Shown here: piece after piece, positions 40,370-52,300 of the stretch
Numbering within the stretch: the stretch's first letter is position 1
How the letters are laid out: each line of letters starts with the position of its first letter
NCBI GenBank assembly: GCA_964035545.1
Contig: OZ037768.1
Coordinates: 14,393,675 to 14,457,674, forward strand
Source: Bugula neritina
Taxonomy: Eukaryota; Animalia; Bryozoa
Reading direction: 5' to 3'
DNA: 64,000 bases
The notes under the pieces: model-generated
What the model was told of the DNA's origin: nothing
The model's input: only the letters and a program-made list of their open reading frames with translations
The model's database searches: none
Position numbers and translations under genes: made by a program

Positions 40370-43300
40370 ATTAATCATTTAATTTAGTTACAAGCAATGC
40401 CACTTGAGCACTTGTTTGCCATATGCATTATGCCCCGCTTCTTGCTTTTTGAAATAAGCCAATGATGTGCAATCAGATAAAATGCGTCAGCTGAAACCTA
40501 CTTTGGACAGGTTCTAGCAAATTTTTGAAAAGTCATTCCCCATTTGCCCTGCCAATGCCAGACCAGAGGACATCGCTATTGCGCAATTTTTCTGTATGAA
40601 CACACACTACGGTCAAATCACGCGATCCAAAACGAATGGAACCTGCATTCATAGTACTATTATGGGAGATAGTTGTCCATTTCGTTGACGGTGTGAACGA
40701 GCTGTAACTACTTTGTAAAATCTCCACATAGCAGAGTGAACCAACTTTTCTTACCTTGGGCTCATGATACCCTCTCCTAGTTCATGCCGACTGTAAAGAA
40801 ACAATAAATAATTAGGTCTCAAAAATTATTCACTGTGAAACTGCTCACAGTAAACAAATATTACTGCAAAATCCCAGATTCAAAATCACATGGCTTGGTG
40901 TAAATGTATGGACATGTAAAACAGTTCAATAACATTCTCAACCAAAACTGTTGTAAAAACATGACGTTACAGATAGAAAATAAAGAGATGGAAGACATAC
41001 TACATGCACTCGTACCTAACACACCTGGTAGGGGAGACAATTATTGACAAAAGTATTTTAAATACTAAAATGATTTATTAACAGAAAAGAAAATGCCAAT
41101 GAGAAAAACTGGAAACATCAAGACATACTCTAAAGGAGTCTTCCTATAGCCAAGTAGCCTTATGCCTTCTCCAACTACAAGTTCACTGGTGCTGCTAGAA
41201 CAGAAACCAATGAAATTGAAGACAGTCAAACAGCGTTTACAAGTGACTGTTCCACCAAGAAACCAAACCCAAGGTAAACAAACCTCTACAGTCTACACTG
41301 ATCCATAACCTGTACACACTCAAACCATTAAATGAAAAGGACTAATGAAATGGACTAATATGACAAGCTGGACAATTAGTATGGATCTCTATATCTTAAA
41401 GCTTTTATCTTTTACCCAGCCATGACTATTTTAGATATAAAATATTTGGCAACCAAAACATGACTCCATCAAATAATAATATTGAGTATATATCTCTTTT
41501 CTTTTACATTATAACTTCAACATAAAGAGGTGAGAAGGGAGGGAATGCAAGACAGAAGACATAGCTACATTGACTATTTAACACACCACAAGTTGCTGTA
41601 GTAGTGCAGAACTGCATCCATAACTAACGCTCCCTCAACACATCACATTGCAGGTATATTTTAATTAATCAAATAGTAGTTGTTTGAATAATGCTAATGG
41701 TAAAAGTATTAGAAAAAATTCTACTGGTTACTGGTTGCTCAGCAGCAATTAATGCATAAAACATAGAAGATACCAGCTGGAATTACCTGCATCAGTCAAC
41801 ACATTTCAAATAAAAATTAGTTTAAATGTTTCTCAGAATTCCAGAAACATTCCAACAGGCTGAGCCAACAAAAGGTAGGAAACAGCAATTAGAGCACAAG
41901 ATATGTGAAAATGGAATCACAAAATGGTTAATCAGGCTAATCAGTTGTTAGTAGATACTAGTCCCTCAATATTTTAATCTTCTGTATATCAGATCAACAT
42001 AAATTCACTGTTTAGAAATGGCTGCTTGTTGTCAAGATATGACAAACACTACAGCAAGGCAAACCGAGTGACTGTGAAACGAGATTGACTTCTAACTTAT
42101 AGCTTATTCAGATGAATAGCGGACCAAAATGGCACGACAAATGCGAATTTTATTCATTTTGGATCACGTGATCGGATTAATGCGTGAATTGCGCCAAACT
42201 AACGTCTTTTGATTGGTCTGACAGTAGAAGAGTTTGTTTGTTTTGGATCACGTGATTGACTATTCAAAATTTCATTAGAACCTCACCCAGCAAGGTTTCA
42301 GCTGACTAATTTTTCTGATTGCAATCTATTGGCTTATTTCAAAAAGCGTGGGCATAATTCACATGGCAAACAAGTTGCTCAAGTGGCATTGCATGTAACT
42401 AAATTAAATAATCAATATTTTAGTAATATTATTAATAATAAATAATAATTATTTAAAATAAAAAAATTTGTAGGAAGCATGTTATTTTGCTAGTCAGCAG
42501 CATCTCAAAATTATTTTAAGCAGTTTTCATGACAGAAGTACGCTTTTTTATAAAAATTGTCAGAGCTTGACCAGCTGCACTGTATCAGTATGATCTTTGT
42601 GATCCTGAATACAAAGATGCACGTAAGCAACTGAGTCGATATGCACAATGAGTAGCAGTGACTTGAAAAAAAAAGTTAAAATGTAGTTAAATTGAAACTG
42701 ATGCAACTGAATCATTTCACCTAAAGTAGACACTAGGTACCAACTTCTATTTTATTTTATAATTATTCCAGCTAAAAAATCTTAGCTATAGTTCTTTCAT
42801 AAAGAAAATACTATAAAACAGGTCATTTTAATTTTTTTTTCAGCAAAAATAAAAATATAAGTAATAAGTAATGAAAGGCTACAAAAAAATAAATGATCAG
42901 TTTGAGTTTGATATAAAAACACGAACACGGCATTCAGTTTTACGTGTCATTTTTATTTACTTTTCACAGCCCAACTGTTGTTAAACATAAATTTACTAAA
43001 ATTTCAACTTTTGCTTAGCTAATAAATTTTAAATTTGTCATACCTATTTAATTATTCTATTAACGCAAAACTTTTATAGCTTATTCACACACGACTTTTT
43101 TTGTTCGTTGGGCTAGACGAATGTCCAACTAACAAACATCGCACCTCTTTGTCGCGCCAGCTGCAGCAGTAGTGTATAGTTTCTTAGCAACGGTGCTTTC
43201 ACTAGTAAAGTTGTCACTAGTTGAATTTAACGATAACTAAGTAAAAATTTGGGGTTAATAAAACAATTACAATCAAATATGAAACATTTAAATTATGACA

Positions 43301-46300
43301 AATTTAAAATTTACTAGCTAAACAAAAGCTAAAAATCTAGTAGATTTATGTTTACCAACAGTTGGACTGTGAAAAGTAAATTAAAATGACACGTAAAACT
43401 GCAATGCAGTGTTCGTGCTTTTATATCAAACTCAAACTGATTATTTATTTTTTCGTAGCCTTTCATTACTAATTCTACTTATATTTTTTATTGTTGCTAA
43501 ATAAAAAATTAAAATGACTTGTTTTATAGTAGTTTTTCTATGAAAGAACTATCGCTAAGATGTTTCAGCTGGAACAATTATAAAATAAAATGGAAGTTGG
43601 TAGTGTCTACTTTAGGTGAAATGATTCAGTTGGATCAGTTTCAATTTAACTACATTTTAACTTTTTTTTCAAGTCACTGCTACTCATTGTGCACATCGAC
43701 TCAGTTGCATACGTGCATCTTTGTATTCAGGATCACAAAGATCATACTGATACAGTGCAGCTGGTCAAGCTACGATAATTTCTATAAAAAACTGTACTTC
43801 GGTCATAAAAACTGCTTGAAACAATTTTAATATGCTGCTGACTAGCAAAATAATATGCTTCTTACAAATTTGCTTATTTTAATTAATTATTATTTATTAT
43901 TATTAATATTACTAAAATATTGATTATTTAATTTAGTTACAATGCTGCAATGTTTGCCATGTGAATTATGCCCACGCTTTTTGCTTTTTGAAATAAGCCA
44001 ATGGATTGCAATCAGAAAAAAATCGTCAGCTGAAACTCTGCTGGGTCAGGTTCCAACGAAATTTTAAAAAGTCGATCACGTGATCAAAAACTAACAAACT
44101 CTTTTACTGTCAGACCAATCAAAGGACACTAGTTTGGCATAATTGACGCAATGGTCCGATCACGTGATTCAAATTGAACAAAATTAGCATTCGTAGTGCT
44201 ATTTTGGTCCGCTATTCGTCCAATTCCTTGACCGTGTGAATAAGCTATTACTTTGTTATCACACAACTATGATTAGATTTAACTAGTAACAACTTTATAC
44301 TAGCAAAAGCACCTGCTGCAGTTGGCGCGACAAAGAGGTGCGATGATTGTTAGTTGGGCATTCGTGGAACCCAACGAACAAAAATTCGTTGTGCCTGAAT
44401 ACGCTATTATTGCTGTAAAATATACTGTGTAATTTTGTTCCAGCCAGAGAGCAAGCTAAGTTCTGGGTTGAGCAGATGCATATGATAAAATTATTGACCA
44501 AGAGTAAGTGTTCCTGCACATACTTCAGAATGCACAATATTCTTACAACAGCAAACAATATTACAGAATGTGCCAGTAGTTTAAAGCAGTGTTGATCTTT
44601 AAGCTCAAACCCTGCGACTAGGCAGGCAGTAAACTTTCTAAGCAGTATTTGAGCCATGTGTAATCTTTATCATGTTGTTGTTTACTTGCTGAATACATTA
44701 CTCAACTCTGCAGGTAAAACGAACTAGTAAATCGAAAACTTACAAGAACTTAGAGAAACTCGAGTTTGGCAAAGACTAGCTATATTACAGGCTATTTAAA
44801 AAGTAGCAAGCTGGGAGATGCAATAATAGTACACTTAGCGTAGGGCCACACGACGCGGGTTTCCCTAATGCAGGTTCAGATTTTTGAAAACCCGTGTCTG
44901 GGTTGAGGGTGCTGAAATTTATTCACTAATGATCTTTAAGTTTAACTTTACTGCTTGCCTATAAACGTTTGTTTTTAAATTTACTTCATCCACAAAGTGA
45001 CTTTAGATATTATAAAAGCAGAAATGCAAACTACATGAAACTGTTTTAATTCAGTTAGCTAAAAACTAAAAGTCGAATTGAAATTAAAAAAGTGTGCTCA
45101 CTAAATGTTAAGCAGCTAGTTAGATCAAACCCACACCAGCTTTCTGCAATTCCCGCTCAGCATGTTACCCGCATGAAAACTGCACACAACAGCCCATTTT
45201 TGGGCTAGACCGGGTACAGGTAACTCGCTTTGTGTGGCCCTAGGCATAGCTCTGTCACCAGTATGTAATAAACATGCAGCCGCCACCACCAAAGGTATCA
45301 CGACAAAGACAGTTTACAAGAATAAATATAAATATTGTAAATAATAATTCTGTACTTCAATGAAATAGTAACTTTGTTTAGTATATTTTGATGGACCGAG
45401 ACACTCACCTTATCTGTGATGTCAATGCTGGAACAACTGGAGACTAAAAAAGACAAAAGCATTATTCTAAAAAACAAGTAGAGAAAAGTCAACGTACTTT
45501 ATAGCAACTGGAGTTATGATCCCAGAATAAAAAGCTAAGGAAGATGGGATTTGAGCTGCCGCAAATGCAATGTTTGACATAATGAATTATTTCATAGTAG
45601 GGAGCTTTTGGCACTTGGAGCATATGTGTCAACGCAAGGTCAACCATATCTTTTAATCTGGTGTATGAAGAATGGGCAGAGGCATAGTCAATTAGCCAAG
45701 TCAAAGGAACCAACTACATTGACTTTTGTACTGTGAGGAAATTATCTTATATAAATGGTAGGTTGGTCAAATTTGGACTGATTGATGACAAATTTATTAT
45801 AAAGGGCTAAATGGAAGAGACTGGCATGCATTGACATGACCGGCTTGTTCAACATAGTTCTTATTAAATGTTAATATAAGCTGATGCAAAGTATAAAATA
45901 CAAGCAATGCATAAAATAAAGTGCGAAAAAAATAGGAAATCACTCAAACAAATCGGTTTCAGCTGAAATAGCAGAGCCAATCTGGCAACAATATTTTAAA
46001 TGAAATTGATAGTCATCGTAAAAAACCTAGACTAAACTTTGCTGTCTAGACTTCCAAAGAATTTAAGGGTTCATAATCTTTAGAAAAACTAGTAAATTAA
46101 AGCCATCAGTTGAAGGAGATATATTTTGTTTTAAAGACAATACTGAGAAACGCCAACCCTCTAATTATTTTGGTGTTTAAAGTTTGAAACAGGCTGCTTT
46201 ACCAGGCTTCATTTAAACTCAGTACATCAAACTCAAAAGTAAAGCAGCAAAGCAGGATTAGTGGCACAATTACACTAAAAGTTGCTATCCCTCTGGCCCT

Positions 46301-49300
46301 CACCTTTAAACCAGGGGAAAGAAGGGCCTGAAAGTTTGGTGACTTTTCTCGAGTTGAACTCGATCTGAAAAGCAGAGAGCTAGGTGGCTGCAAAGAAGCA
46401 AACAAGATTTTGGTGGTTACAGTTTAAAGGTATTTAGTTGAGAGTATCACATTTCATAAGCAGCAGCCCTTCTGTACCTTATTTTATTAACTCAAGGATA
46501 TGGTTACTTTTATTAATTGTTAGACTGAACTGAAAATACGATCTGTAGCTTCTTCTAATAAAGTTATATGTCTTATACTGGGGGTTTCTGACTGCACTTG
46601 ACATACATTTGCTTAAAATAGACACTGGCAGGTAGCATTAACCAGGGTAACCTATTGCTGTCATTTTTACACGTCATTCTATCTCAACTAGATAATTGGG
46701 AATAATAAACATACAAGTTATTAAATTTGACTTCAATGTGACAGTCTCAACCTAAGGCATTGCAACAGTTTTTACACTCTGCCTTCTTTTAGTACACTAA
46801 GCAAATGAAAAGCACTTGATCACTATGGTGATCACACTGAAAGGTCGAGAAAATCCTTTTTAGACTATTAAATAAATCTTCTATAAGATTAAATCATTCC
46901 CCAAAGAGCTTTAACCACATCATTTCAGCAGAATTGAAAACAATCGAGTTAAAAGGAAGAGAGAGTAGCTTACATCTCATAACAAGAGGCCTACATGGGC
47001 CCCCACACTGATATACTACATGGGCCCCCACACTGAGATACTGCATGGGCCCTCCCCCACACTGAGATACTACATGTGCCCCCACACTGAAATACTACAT
47101 GTGCCCCCACACTGAGATATTACATGGGCCCTCCCCCACACAGAGATACTACATGTGCCCCCACACTGAGATACTACATGTGCCCCCACACTGAGATACT
47201 ACATGGGCCCCCACACTGAGATACTACATGTGCCCCCACACTGAGATATTACATGGGCCCTCCCCCACACAGAGATACTACATGTGCCCCCACACTGAGA
47301 TACTACATGTGCCCCCACACTGAGATACTACATGGGCCCCCACACTGAGATACTACATGGGCCCTCACACTGAGATATTACATGGGCCCTCCCCCACACT
47401 GAGAGATAACAAAGAGCCTACAGGAGGCCTTCACCCCTAATAAACCCAGTACATTTTAGGAGCTGAAAGTGAATTAGCAGCAGTGCTTTTGGTTTAAAAC
47501 TAATATAAAAGCAATATTGTAACAGAAGAAGTCAAGAGAGAAAAATTACCTTGCGCTCTCTGGTCTTCTGCTTTGGGCAGGTAGGAACCTTGTCTTTACA
47601 CTCATCATGGTAATTCATTAGACAGTCTACAACAGATTGTGGTGAGTGATGATCCCATGAATAGGAGATTATTCACCCGACCTTTATTAATCTCAGTCAC
47701 TCACCTAGTAGATGGTTATCAAACACTGAGTCAAATGATAGCTCTCAGCTACTAGCCAGGCGCAACAACTGATTATGCAACAATGCCTGTAAATGCATGT
47801 GTAATACAATAGGTAAGAGATTAGGCTGAACCAGAGGAAAATGATTGCACAATAGTGTAGTATTGGGTTAGTATAGATATTGTTACTGCTGTAGTTGAAC
47901 AATTTCATTCTTATATCATTGACTGCAGGACAACAGCAGCAGGTAAATTTGGCAATTAAATATATAAAGAGTAACTTATTCTCAATAAGGTTTTACGATG
48001 AAATAGCACAAGCAGATGCTGCAGTGCAAGCTTCACGTCAAATGCGCTATGGAGATAGCAGAAGTCAGTCTCTTACACAGATAGGAATATTTTTTCATGC
48101 CATCTTGTATGCTTTCACTTATAATATTATAAATAGCACATAACAGGATAAGCAACCAGAGTAGGTGACGTATATATGTAGTCGGCCATTGTCATAGCCA
48201 ATACTTTTTTTGACTCTAAAATCCATATTATAGTTTGTGATCAGAAAATATTAGAGTACTGTGAAATAATATTAGTATTGAAATAAGTTAGTAATAATTT
48301 AGTTAAAACATTTACTCAATATTAATTATTGATATCCTTAAACTGAAGAAGACATTTTCTTGCATAGAAAAACTATTAATAGTTCTAATGATGATGCCTC
48401 CAAACAGTGTAGCTGTTATGAATTATAGTTAAACTTCATTGATCACCAAATGCTAATCACTTGCTATAACAACAGTTTAATTGCCCACAACCTGCTCTCG
48501 CAGCCACTGCGTGAAAGTACTTCAACTATACAGAGCAGATAATTGAGAGAGCAGCCATGGCCTATGCCCTATGGGTTAGAAAGCTGACTTAGTAAACACA
48601 ATATAGTTATTTGATTCTCAGCAAAAAGACTATTTGATGTTTGAAGGAGCATTCAGACATAAATGCTTCTTCACCACAGTAGTGAGAAAGTCCTTAACCT
48701 GCCAAAAACCCTTCCATTTGGGATGGTGGGATTGCAATTATAAACCTATGTGAGTTTTTATAGACCAGACAATGGTGAAGAACCACTACCAGACATACCA
48801 CTAAGGAAGTTCAATTCTATAGATTATATAACACACATAAATATACTATAACTAAAGAATTATTTATTTTTTGGCATTCTATTCAGATTACAGATGAGTT
48901 CTGAATTCACAATTCAGTACAAAATATAAAATAATCGTTAATTGAGTTCCTAAGCTGTCAATGGAGGTCAAATGTACAACACCAATTCACTGTCCACCTA
49001 GCCACATACTGCATATGGATGGCTACAACCAGAACAAGAATTTCAATTTTAATAACTAACTGTACCAACCTCTTTCAATAACATGGAGTGCATTAGAGAT
49101 CTGGCGAGTTGACTGCGGAGACGACAAACTGAACATAAACTGTGGAGCATGACTTGTACAACTGTTCACCGGAGAAATAGGAGTGGAAATTTTAGAATCA
49201 GATAAAGTTTGAGGTAGCACATTGCTATTACAACGCAACAGCAAATGGTGTGCTGATATTACTCTACCAGTAGGCAATGCAGATGCAGCACTGCTAATTG

Positions 49301-52300
49301 CGCTCCCTGGGGCACCTTGCTCTGACTTGGTCTCCGTATTACTGTTGAGAAAAGAAGGGAGTATCCCACCAGAATATGAAACAGATCTCTTGTGTTTAGA
49401 GTTACTTCGGTTCAACGCCATGACTCTGTGTACTATTCCATGTGTCTATAACCATGTAGCAGTGATATGTAGCAGTGATATCCTTGAGTGCAGTATTTAG
49501 GGAGGGTCTACTTGAATCCGATCATCAAGTTGGTGTCCATAGAAGAGTGAAGAAGTTTACAGCCGAGATATCATTTAGAGAATGATTAGCTTGATTAATT
49601 TAATATCTGATGTGAACAAATAAATCTCCTAACTCTTGGCAAGCAACTGCGAGTCAAAGTTTAATAAGACAATCAAATGTACTACAACCATGACAACTGT
49701 ACTACTTAACCTATCTTTATTGTCTTAATCTAGGTTACATTTCTTACTAGATATGGAGCCAGTGTCAAAGGTGATATGAAGATGCAGCAGCATACATTGA
49801 CCTGACTCTAACCTGATATGAGGTGTCACCTCACAAACTCCAGTTGTTTAGCCAGTCTATTGTTTATACGAAGAAAAATGATCCAGAGCAAAGTCCATGT
49901 CAGTATACTGCAGTATTAACAAACTATCACACCAGGTGGCGCTCAATATCATCTCAGGTACGCGTTGTAGCCTTCACAAAGAGAGAGCAATAGCAAAGGC
50001 AGCGCAAATAGCTGATAAAAAGTAGTGCTAATAAGCTATAATTAATGATGTAGGCTGTGCTACTGACAGTGAGTGCTGGGTAGAAATACTAGTAATCAAC
50101 ACAGCCCATTGTACAATCATTGACATCCATTATTAACACTGCTGCACTTACATTACCATTTGAAAGAAGTGGAATGAGCCGTACTTGCGGCAGTGCCACA
50201 TGCATTGCCAGATTCATGCTGCATATTATATTCAATAAGCTGAGAATGCCAGAGGTTGCATACATACAACAGAGAAAATAAACACAGATTCTTCTCTAGA
50301 AACCGAGAATAAACTAGAAAGCTAGAATAGCCCGAAAAACTTATGCATCACTATATGTCATTTACTCCTAATTTACAGAAATGCAAGTTAATTTTAAAAC
50401 ATGCTCAAAATCCAAGTAGAGGATCTCTTTTATTGGCCAAAATCTTTGTCTGAAAGATGCTGAACGAACACTTTACCAAGCTGTCAAAGTGAAAACTGAT
50501 TCTGTTGAGATTTGGGGAGTCCTAGAGGTGTAGCAAATTCTACTCTGCGTTAGTTCAAACACTAGTGCACTGCCAATATTACAGGCAGTTTATGCTTTAA
50601 CCCCCTGTTCACACATTTTTTAATCCTCTAAAATCTTTGAATTGGTTAAATTAAATCAACAATAAGCGATTAAAATAAACTAGCGAAAATTTTCTTTAAA
50701 TTTTAGTGCCATATCAACTCTGCCCAGTAGGAGCCCAATGTGATTTTTTGATACAAGCAGTGTTTGATCAATGCAGCAACGTATACCGGGGTACTATTCA
50801 GCCCAGATGTTACCAAAGATGGCGTACATTTGCTGTTACGGCGTACTGTACGGCAATGTGTGAACAGGGGGTCAAGGGACAATAATATTAAAATACCTAT
50901 TACTTCTTATTCATCAATTGTTGTCTAGTATTAGTATAGAGTTGTTTCCCCATGATAAATGCAGAGTGATATACACGTATATATAGATAGCCCTTTAGCT
51001 CTCTGAATAAATTAATGGACCCTAATTTTCATGGATGTGTAGCATTGCAAAAACTATAGACTGATCTTTATGCAAAGTATAAACTGTTTTTCAGGATCAG
51101 TAAACTGAATAACTGATTTTTCCAAGTCCTTAACTCCCATTCACACTTTGCTGTATCTTATGCCATAGCAGCAAATGTCAGCCATTTTTATTAACATCCG
51201 GGCTGAATCGTACCCCGGTATACTTTGCTGCGTTGATCGAACACTGCTTGTATCAAAAAATAACGTTGGGCTCCTACTGGGCAGAGTTGATATGGTACTA
51301 AAATTTAAAGAACATTTTCACTAGTTTATTTTAATATTGTTGATTTAATTTACTCAATTCCATAGCTTCAAAAGACCGAAAATTTTTTATCTGGCTTGTT
51401 TAAATTAGGGCTAGCCTAAAATCTAGCTTTCACTAAATACAAAAACACTTAAACCAAAAACCTAAAAATTAATTAGGTGGCTTAAATATTTATTATTCAA
51501 ATTAGTTTGCACCATTATTTTAGGGACACATATTTAAAAGAGAGTTTTCTTCTTTTAATTGCTTTTATCTAAATTCTAGTCAATAACATTTATTATAAAA
51601 TGTAGTAACATTCAAAAAATGTTTACAGCTTAGGACGAGCAAGATACTTTGGAATTTTCAGGTACCATATTAATGCAGGTTTGTGCTAACAGCATTGCTG
51701 CAATAGATTAGGCCAATTACATATGCAGCCTTAACTTTCCTTACTATGTGCTCATAATGATTTAAAGAAAAGCAACATAGGCAGTGGTAATAGAACAACT
51801 TTTAACAAGAACAGCAGTCAACTCCAAAAATAATAATGCATACTGATCAATCTAAGGTGAATTGTGAGAAAATGAAATGAGTAGTTACGGCACAGATATT
51901 ACCAGTTTTGTGATCAACTTACTTGAGCACTGGACAGAAGGCTTGTAGTTAAGTAGTTTAGAGCAGTGATTGCATGCCGAATTGCTCAAAGTCACCGAGA
52001 TGAAGTTATGGCTGGTTCTTTTTACATCTCGCTCTCGGTCCTTTGCCTGCAACAGTGAAATGAGTATACTCAGTATCATATATAGTAGGACATGAATCTT
52101 ACGTCACAAAGCAATGCCATTTAATCTCATTTGCTCAAAAAATGCATGTAATAGTGTCCAAAATTACAGGAAAATTGAAGGTGAAGCACTGAAATATTAA
52201 AACTAAATGAATAGATTTGATAAAATGTGGCAATCAAATTAATTTACTAGTAACAGCTGGCTAAATTCTAATATTCTGCAATAAAATAGATTTTCTAGTT

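Noticed and set aside
43519-44657. ORFs 43519-43830 and 44295-44657 as transposase or cargo genes
   Set aside because: They lie in or across non-coding MITE sequence and show no DDE or Myb-like motifs.
46991-47406. CRISPR-like look of the regular 25-29-bp repeats (also 6826-6980)
   Set aside because: Units are contiguous with no unique spacers, there are no cas genes, and the context is a eukaryotic intron.
50597-50875. piggyBac assignment of the CCCCC-ended MITE (TTAA on the left)
   Set aside because: The right flank is TCAA and the 35415 copy has TAA/TAA; the TTCACAC TIR motif fits Harbinger better, though the superfamily is not settled.
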